The notes under the pieces: generated by a model | Database searches by the model: none | What the model saw: only the letters and a program-made list of their open reading frames with translations | Told to the model about the DNA's origin: nothing | Program-made: the position numbers and the translations under genes | Part shown: in pieces, positions 50,600 through 61,000 of the stretch | Layout of the letters: the number at the start of each line of letters is the position of its first letter | Position numbering within the stretch: the first letter of the stretch is position 1 | Source of the DNA: Octopus sinensis | Lineage: Eukaryota | Length of the DNA stretch: 64,000 nt | Direction: 5' to 3' | NCBI RefSeq assembly: GCF_006345805.1 | Contig: NC_043025.1 | Coordinates: forward strand, 13,454,001-13,518,000

Positions 50600-51873
50600 A
50601 GCAATGAGGGTGACCTCTACATGGTGGCCAGTCCTATTAGAAATACCAGCCAAATCTTCCTTAAACCACACCTTACTGTTTTATGTGTGTATAACACTTT
50701 ATTTCTTTATTGCCTACAAGGGGCTAAACATAGAGGGGACAAACGGATTAAGTTGATTACATCAACCCCAGTGTGTAACTGGTACTTATTTAATCGACCC
50801 TGAAAGGATGAAAGGCAAAGTCGATCATGCATGGAATTTGAACTCGGAACATAACAGCAGATGAAATACCTATTTCTTTATTACCCACAAGGGGCTAAAC
50901 ATAGAGGGGACAAACAAGGACAGACATAGGTATTAAGTCGATTACGTCGACCCCAGTGCGTAACTGGTACTTATTTAATCGACCCTGAAAGGATGAAAGG
51001 CAAAGTCGACCGTGCATGGAATTTGAACTCAGAACGTAACGGCAGATGAAATACCGCTAAGCATTTCGCCCGGCGTGCTAACGATTCTGCCAGCTCGCCG
51101 CCCCTATATACGTACAACTCTTTAGCATTCAGATTATGCTGTCAAATGTAATCCTTATTAATCCACATTGAGATAATCCTGCATTATCTCGGCTTTGAGA
51201 TTCTAATGATGTGATTGTTTATTTTTAGAATGACATTGCAGGATAGGTGTGAGAGGCTGGATCTGGCCAGTTTGAACATAAAGCGGACAGAATACCAGGG
51301 CCAAGTGTGGCTGGTTTAAATCCCAAAGGTCTAAACTTTTGTAGGTCTCTTAAAGAAAACCTAGATTGTTCTGTTTGTCCACTCACTTGTGTATATATGT
51401 GGATATATCTTAACATTAACTTTGGCCATGCTGGAGCAACATCTTAAAAATCCTAAGTAGAATGAATCGACCCCAGGACTTATTCTCTTTTCTCTCTCTT
51501 TTTTTAAAGCTTGATACTTATTCTATCAGTCTCGTTTTGCTAAACTGCTAAGTTGGGGTGGTGGGGTGTAACATACACTGACATCAGTTGTCAAGCAGTA
51601 GTGGGGGACAAACACACATTATATACGATGGGGCTTCTTTCAGTTTCCGTCCACATCCACACACAAGGCTTTGGATGGCCTCAGTGTATGTGTGTGTGTG
51701 TGTGTGTATATATATATACATATACACACACATACACTTATGTATATATATACACACACGTGTATAATTCCATGTATAATTCCGTGCTAGTACGGGAAAC
51801 GGACATTAAACAATGATGATATATATATGTATATATATATATATATATGTATATATGATTGCACATATATGTA

Positions 51874-51936
<63 letters not shown>

Positions 51937-51952
51937 GATTGCACTATATGTA

Positions 51953-51987
<35 letters not shown>

Positions 51988-52058
51988 TATATATATATGA
52001 TTGCACATATATGTATGTGTATATATATATATATATATATATGATACATATATGTATG

Positions 52059-52104
<46 letters not shown>

Positions 52105-52442
52105 AAAGATGTGTGTGTATACATTGATGTATATATGTGTGTGTGCGTATATATATATGAGTGTGTATATATATATATTGATGCGTGTGTGTGTGTAATT
52201 ATGATATACATAAGTTTTGCATGTCATACATATTTATATATAAACAATTGTTTGTCTATTCAGTTTTACCTCTGAATTTCCACGCAAGCATGGGTCAGAA
52301 GAGTACATGGAAAAATGGATGTTAAAACAACAATAATAAAAACGGTGATGATGTCCCTGTGCTGGAAGCCACAGTTTCCGTGAGAGGGGGTCAGCAGACA
52401 TGCTCTAGCCACACACACACACATGCGCACGTGCAGTGTCCT

Positions 52443-52689
52443 TCACTGCAGGAATTCATCCACGGCCACGGGTTTCCGGACCCACCCCCCAATGCTCGAC
52501 TCCACGCAGTGTTCGTAAAACTTCGTCTTCGCTTCCTGGTACGCCGCGGCCGACTGCTTCGTCTCGGCGTACGACAGGCTCGGGTCGACGTCAGTCATGT
52601 GCGACTGCTCGCAGTACTGCCGGAACCGTCGCAGCATCGCGGCTTTGCACAGTCGGCTGGACATGGTCGCCCCACTCTGGGTCGGGGAT
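52443..52689 (-). CDS. ADAR/D-like: ADAR-like terminal exon: SPTQSGATMSSRLCKAAMLRRF...YAETKQSAAAYQEAKTKFYEHCVESSIGGWVRKPVAVDEFLQ*
   Basis: Acceptor ccttgcag|A, TGA at 52443-52445; typical ADAR C-terminus (SRLCK, YxExK, YQxAK, GxWxxKP). Confidence 0.93.
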
Positions 52690-55600
52690 CTGCAAGGGAG
52701 GATAAATAAAAAAGTTACGTTAACCTCAAAAGGCATGAGAAAACCAGTATGGACATACATATCATCATCATCATCATCATACTATTATTATCACCCCCTC
52801 CAATGGCCCTGCCCCTCTCAAAATTCCTTCTCTGTGCTGGTGCCATGTAAAAAGCACTCAGTCCACTCTGCTGGGTGGTTGGCATTTGGAAGGGCATCCA
52901 GCCATAGTATGTACAGTATATATAGAGAAGCATATGTGGTGTGTATAAGACAGAGAAGGGCGTATAATAATCAATGTAGAAGTCAATAAGTGTATGGTAT
53001 TCGTGTGTGTGTGTATATATATATATATACAGAACACTATATGAGGTGTGTATAAGGTACAGGAGGGTATATATGAGGGGTGGTGATAAGTTCCTGGCTT
53101 TTAGGTATCGTGATAGGCCTGGCTTCTTCTTGAGCACAATGTAATGCCAAAGGTTTCGGTCATTCGTCATTGCCTCCGTGAGGCCCAACGCTCAGAGTGG
53201 AGGTACATGGCCCAGTGGTTAGAGCAGTGGACTCGCAGTTGAGGGATCGTGGGTTCGAATCTCAGACCGGGCGATGTGTGTGTTTATGAGCGAAACACCT
53301 AAGCTCCACACGACTCCGCCAGAAAGTAATGGCGAACTTCTGCAGACTCTTTTGCCACAACTTTCTCTCACTCTTTCCTCCTGCATCTTGCAGCTCACCT
53401 GCGATGGACCGGCGTCCTGTCCAGGTGGGGAACCTATACGCTGAGGAAATTGGGAAACTGGCCCTTATGAGCCAAGCATGGCTCGAGAAGGAACAAACAA
53501 CACTCAGAAGGTGCTTTTCACGTGCCACCAGCATTGGCCATTGTGCCTCTGTGAGGCCCAATGCTCAAAAGGCACCTCTTATGTCCAACTGGCACAGACG
53601 CCAGGCATCATATATAAAAAAACAAATGTTAAATAAATATAAAAAGGGATCATGCTACTCACTCTGTTACGATGCGTCCAGTCAATCCGTTGGTCAGTTC
53701 AATCTTGTCTTGACCTTTGGCCCAATTCAAAGCAAGCTCGGTGGATTCAGCATTCCTGAGATCATGGATCGGTGGTATAAACGACTGGTACAACCAGGGG
53801 TGGTTGATGCTGTAGCCGCGGGGCAACTGCGAGTTCAGTTCATCATAGAGTCGGCAGCAAACGGCTCGGGACAGATGACCGTGGTCAAACTGACTGGCTG
53901 GAAAATGGATGGAACAGAGATAAAAACAGAAAAGAAAAAAAAACATGCTGACATCATCATCATCATCATCATCATCGTTTAGCGTCCGTTTTCCATGCTA
54001 GCATGGGTTGGACGGTTCGACCGGGGATCTGGGAAGCCAGGAGGCTGCACCAGGCTCCATTCTGATCTGGCAATGTTTCTACAGCTGGATGCTCTTCCTA
54101 ACGCCAACCACTCCGAGAGTGTAGTGAGTGCTTTTCACGTGCCACTGACACAGGTGCCAGGGGAGGCTGGCAAACGGCCACGATCGGATGGTGCTTTTGA
54201 CGTGCCACCAGCACGGAAGCTAGTCAAGGCGGCTCTGGCATTGGCCACGTTCGGATGGTGCTTTTTACGTGCCACCGGCACAGAAGCCAGTCGAGGCGAC
54301 GCTGGCATCGGCCACGTTCGGATGGTGCTTTGGCCACGATCGGATTGGTGCTTTTTACGTGCCACCGGCACGGAAGCCAGTCTAGGCGGCGCTGGCATCG
54401 ACCACGTTCGGATGGTGCTTTTTACGTGCCACCGGCACAGAAGCCAGTCGAGGCGGCGCTGGCATCGGCCACGTTCGGATGGTGATTTTTACGTGCTACC
54501 AGCACGGAAGCCAGTCAAGGCGGCGCTGACATCGGCCACGTTCGGATGGTGCTTTTTACGCGCCACCGGCACGGAAGCCAGTCAAGGCGGCGCTGGCATC
54601 GGCCACGTTCGGATGGTGCTTTTTACATGGTCCCTACATTAGGGGACGACATTCCAGCTTTTATCAACATAAAACAGGAAGAATATTTTGAGCTGGAAAT
54701 GGTTTAAAACTGCAATTTCACAAAGGGTTTCCTTAATTGGTCCGACCCTGGCGTTTTTGTGCATGGTCGCACTCTAACGAACAAAACCAGAAATATAAAA
54801 ATAAAAAACATTAAAAAAACGAACGAACGACAAATGAAAGGGTATTTACCAAGGGTGATGCTTGAAAAGTAAAAGGGTGCCATGATTTTGGTGAGGAGAC
54901 AGCCTTGGACCCCTAGCACGTTCCACTTAAGGATTTTATCACAGGTTGACATCACCTGAAGCTGCTCTTGGCGACTCTGCGTTATGTCCATCGTCTCTCG
55001 AACCACTGTGTTTTCAATGATGTGTTCCAAGCTACCTGCAGAAGAAAACCACCATCAAATTAATCTTTATTATTTATCTATATATATAAAACTGTAGTTG
55101 CGTGTGTGTCTGTCTACTCCGATTTAGATTCCTAACTACTCCCACATTTTGCAGTGCAGTTTAACCAAATTCGGGTATCTTATAGTCGTGATTCATATCG
55201 AGCCCTTCTGGGTATTAGCGCGCGTCTACGATGAGTCTACGATTTTTAGAATAATTTAACATCATTTTTTATTCCATTTTAATGCATATTTTTTCGTGTG
55301 TCGATGGCGGCGGAGTTGGCGTCCATGGTCACACCTGCACCTGTTTGCTTCTCCCCCTTCTTCCCTCCCTCGTGAAGCTGTGGGGAAGGGAGTGTAAGGA
55401 AATCAACGTCGTAAAGCGTTGTCAAGGAGACCAGCGTTCTTTTAGAACAACGACTTCATGGCTTGAAGACACCAAAACAGAAATGGCTAAGAAAGCCCGA
55501 ATTGGCATCTATAAGGGAAGTAGCTCTCTAAAAATGCTTATATAGTTATTTCCCTTACAAACCCGAGCAACGCCGGGCGATACTGCTAGTTAATTATAAA

Positions 55601-57475
55601 AGAGAAGCCTGATCTTCATGTCTGTCTGTCTGTCCCGACGTATCTTAGAGGGAGGAGACAAGGGAAGGAATCAGAAGGGGAGATAACTCCTGTCACACCG
55701 TTTTGTTTTTGTTTTTTAGAAAGGAAAAAAGCTGTTGAGAGAGAAATAGTGAGAAAGAGAGATAGGGAGACAGACAGACAGGGAAACAGTATTCACCCGG
55801 GGTGGGTTGAGCTGGCTGACAAACCACCAAAGTACGGATCTACCAAGCACTAGTGCGAACGATTCTCCTTTACGGCAGCGAGTCATGGCCAACGAGGGTG
55901 GAAGATATTAAGCGACTACAATCCTTCGATCACCTCTGTCTACGCCGCATCCTTCGTGTCCGATGGCATCACTTTGTCTCCAACAATTCGGTGCGACACC
56001 AGTGCAAAATCACCTCCCTCCGACAAGTCTGCGTTGGCTGGGTCATGCCCTCCGTCGTCAACCAGGAGAATTCATCTACAAAGCAATTGCCCCAGCTCCC
56101 CTTCAGGGTTGGCGAAAGCAACGTGGTGGACAATGAAAAACCTGGCTGATGACGGTCAAGGCTGATCTAGAACCCAACCTACGAAGCAATTGCCCCAGCT
56201 CCCCTTCAGGGTTGGCGAAAGCAACGTGGTGGACAATGAAAAACCTGGCTGATGACAGTCAAGGCTGATCTGGAACCCAACCTAGGCTCCCATGTCTACG
56301 GCGTTCACCGCTGGAATAAGGAGTGGTTGGAGATCATGCGGTTGTTAGCCTCAAATCACCAGGCCTGGTCGGCGTTTGTGAGAGATGCAGCATTGAGGAT
56401 GAATGAAGCCAGCTCAACCCACCCTGGGTGGATGCTGTCTCCAACAATTCAGTGCGACACCAATGCAGAATCACCTGCCTCCGACAAGTCATCCTAACGA
56501 GACGTCCGCGTTGGCTGGGTCATGCCCTCTGTCCTCAACCAGAATTCATCTACGAAGCAATTGCCCCAGCTCCCCTTCAGGGTTGGCGAAGGCGATGTGG
56601 TGGACAACGTGACATTACCACATTTTATTTAGACACGAAGGAGTCACATTCACGCTGTGTGTGTGCATTCATAAACACACTAGGGCATCTACGTTCGGTG
56701 ACCGCAGTCACCTCCCCGGGACCTGGTCCCATGCCCAGCAACCGAACTCATAGGCGAAGAGGAACCCGGGATGCCGGTGTATTAAGGTGGACGGCTGCCA
56801 CCCGTCGAGGGTTAGAGCTCCCCATCGAAGCGAACTAAGAGCATGTCCACCGCGGATGGATTCACCCCCTGGCCGCATGGCTTCGTCCACTCAAGTCAGG
56901 GGCCCTACATGATTCCCCGCTGGTTCGCTCGGGGACATGCAGACAATCGGCGCACACACTTCATGCACAATATGCACGGAGAAGGACTCACCATCTGTGT
57001 ACCGTAAACTCAAGGCCCCATGATCTGATTCTTCAAATGCTGGTTTGTGAACTCCTCTGGCAATTTCTTCGTTATCTTCATGGGTAAGCAGTGCACTTGG
57101 CCTACAATCGGAAAGAAAAAAAAACATCAAACAAAAATATAAAGAGTGGCTGTGTGGTAAGTAGCTTGCTAACCAACCACATGGTTCCGGGTTCAGTCCC
57201 ACTGTGTGGCACCTTGGGCAAGTGTCTTCTACTATAGCCTCGGGCCAACCAAAGCCTTGTGAGTGGATTTGGTAGACGGAAACTGAAAGAAGCCCGTCGT
57301 ATATATGTATATGGGCGCAGGAGTGGCTGTGTGGTAAGTAGCTTGCTTAAACCACATGTTTCGGGTTCAGTCCCACTGCATGGCACCTTGGGCAAGTGTC
57401 TTCTACTATAGCTTCGGGCCGACCAATGCCTTGTGAGTGGATTTGGTAGACGGAAACTGAAAGAAGCCCGTCGTA

Positions 57476-57514
<39 letters not shown>

Positions 57515-57927
57515 TATATATATAGAGACAACCACTATTTTGAAGGAAAGAATTAATATATAAAATTTTAATATAGTCAAAAAACCGCCACTACAATCGT
57601 TTCTTTCTGATAATATTTACTATAAAATTGGAATCCTAAATCGATTTTTCCCTGTAAATTTGGATTATTTTATATATATATCATACATGTCTTTGTATGA
57701 GGTATTTTAAGAAATGCAGATATTTAACAACAGCAAAAATATGTACAAAGAAAAAAAATCAACTTGTCCCTCCCCCATACATATGCATGTATGTACACAC
57801 ACATACATACACAGATATATGCATACATTCATCTGTACATACACACTTGCACATTCACAGAAACACACTTTTAAACATACACATGCATACACACACACAC
57901 AAATGTACACACATATACACACACCCA

Positions 57928-57964
<37 letters not shown>

Positions 57965-58043
57965 GCACACACCCATGCATATTATATATATACACACACA
58001 CACACTTATAAACATACACATGCATACACACACACACATATAC

Positions 58044-58090
<47 letters not shown>

Positions 58091-61000
58091 ACACACACAC
58101 ACACACACACACAGAGGTCACGCAAGATGCCATGCACTGGCAGACTGAATCCTGGGACTGTGTGGTTCAGAAGTCAAATCCTCGACCATCCAACCATGCC
58201 TGTCCCTATCAATTATCTTGACGGATTACAATAAAACAAAAACCAGACACTGGACTTACTTGCTCAAGAAGATACTATAGTCACCGGAGGGGGGGTCACT
58301 GAGGAAGAGGTGAAAGGTCACGTCCTTTTTTACATTCAAAAGACCCCCACTTTCGGGTGACATTTCGTATATACAGATGGGGGAATTCGGCTCAGCCAGG
58401 TAGCGTTGGAGTTCTAAATACAGGTACCTGAAAAAGATGAAATGAAGAAGGAATGTGTAGGAATCTGTATTTTTGTGTGTGTGTGTGTACACATCTAGGT
58501 ATGTGCTTCTTTATATATATATACTAGCAGTATCGCCCGGCGTTGCTCGGGTTTGTAAGGGAAATAACTATATAAGCATTTTTAGAGAGCTACTTCCTTA
58601 TAGATGCCAATTCGAGGCTTTCTTAGCCATTTCTGTTTTGGTGTCTTCAAGCCATGAAGTCGTTGTTCTAAAAGAACGCTGGTCTCCTTGACAACGCTTT
58701 ACGACGTTGATTTCCTTACACTCCCTTCCCCACAGCTTCACGAGGGAGGGAAGAAGGGGGAGAAGCAAACAGGTGCAGGTGTGACCATGGACGCCAACTC
58801 CGCCGCCATCGACACACGAAAAATTATGCATTAAAATGGAATAAAAAATGATGTTAAATTATTTTTTAAAATCGTAGACTCATCGTTGACGCGCGCTAAT
58901 ACCCAGAAGGGCTCGATATGAATCACGACTATAAGATACCCGGTTTTGGTTAAACTGCACCGCAAAATGTGGGAGGAGTTAGGAATCTAAATCGAAGGGG
59001 ACAGACACTCACACAACTACAGTTTTATATATATAGATATATGTTGGTGTAACATATGGATGCGAGACCTGGACACTAAAGAAAGCTGACCAGAAGAGAT
59101 TTAATGCATTCGAGCTTTGGTGTTGGAGAAGACTTTTGCGGATTCCATGGACAGCAAGGCTCACCAATGGAGAAGTTCTTAAGCAGATCAGGCCGAAAAT
59201 GTCGCTGGAAGCTAGGATCACCAAGCATAGATTGGCATATTTTGGTCATATTATGCAGAGGAAATCCCTGGAGAAGGACATCATGCTCGGAATGGTCAGT
59301 GGCAAGAGAGGAAGAGGCCGACCAAGAACCCGCTGGCTTGACACCATCAGGAGTGATACCGGAATGGACATGGCCAATCTGAAAGAAGCGGCCCAGGATA
59401 GAACTGACTGGAGGACACTGATCCAACGAGTGACCGAGAGTCGACTTTGACTGAACGGATAGAGAGATGTTGGTGTGTGTACATATATACAAGTGGATGC
59501 TGAAAAGCTCCTGGCTTTGGATAAAAGAAAATACAGAAAGATCAGTGAATTATGATTTTATTCAACATATTCCCCTCTCAGATTCACATACTGAGATTGC
59601 AGCGGTCCTTAAGTTTTTATAAGTCCTCTAAAAGAACTCAGGTTGCCACCCATTACACTCATGGAGTGGTTGGCGTTAGGAAGGGCATCCAGCCTTAGAA
59701 ACATTGCCAGATCAGAGTGGGCCTGATGCAGCCTTCTGGCTTCCCAGACCCCAATTGAACCGTCCAACTCATGCCAGCATGGAAAGCAGACGCTAATCGA
59801 TGATGATGATGATGATGATGTACATACACACATATATCTATCATTATCATCATTGTTCGACCGTGGTCGAGACAATGGAATTTACCATGCTATGCCAGAC
59901 TTCACGGTCCATCATGGCATTACGGAGGTCCTGTTGCTGGATGCCTGTATCCCTGGAGATTACATCAGGGTAGGAGAGTGCGCGCCCTCTGGTATCGCGA
60001 GTAGATGGCTTCCAGAGGAGAAGAGTAGAAATTACCTCTTTTTCAGCTCTACAACAATGTCCAGCAAACTGGACTCTTTTATTTATTTATATATATATAT
60101 CAACCAGTCGCTATGATAGATTGTTAGCCACTACACACATTTTTTTCTCTCTTTGTTTCTTCTGTGTCCCTTTCTGTAGAAGAGCGTAGGCTCGAAACGT
60201 GGAGTAGATGAAACCATGGCGACTGAAGAAGGGGTTTTTTCCTTGTGTTATTTGTCCTGTACTCTATTTTTGTTGTTGTTTAAGAAAAATGTCCAGTTCC
60301 TTGGGTTTGTGTTTATGTTTTCGTTTCTCGTTGTGTTCGACGTTTTTTTTGGTGTCCTGTACCCATATATGCATGTATATATACATGTAGAGGTAGGTAC
60401 GTACATATATGTATGTATATATGCATATGCTTTATTTATTATTTATATATGGTTTTGTGTACATGCACAAATGTGTATGGTGAATGAGTGTAGACAAAGC
60501 TAGAAGGTACATTATTTACATCATTTACATTTGACGGATATTTGTCCTCATCTTGTTTGTTGTTAACACAACGTTTCGGCTGATATACCCTCCAGCCTCC
60601 TTCAGGTGTCTTGGGGAAATTTTGAGCCTGGCATATAGCGTAGTGGTTAAGAGTGCGGGCAACTAACCCCAAGATTCCAAGTTCAATTCCAGGCAGTCCT
60701 GAATAATAATAATAACATAAAAAAATACCTATTTCTTTATTACCACAAGGGGCTAAACACAGAGGGGACAAACAAGGACAGACATAGGTATTAAGTCGAT
60801 TACATCGACCCCAGTGCTGTACTTAACTGGTACTTAATTTATCGACCCCGAAAGGATGAAAGGCAAAGTCGACCTTAGTGGAATTTGAACTCAGAACGTA
60901 ACGCAGATGAAATACCGCTAAGCATTTCGCCCGGCGTGCTAACGTTTCTGCCAGCTCGCCGAGAACCCAGGTTTGAAATTTCCCCAAGACACCTGACGAA

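Noticed and set aside
54130-54630. Regular short repeats as a CRISPR array (also the 252-bp and 156-bp arrays)
   Set aside because: Head-to-tail units with no unique spacers, no cas genes, and a eukaryotic context.
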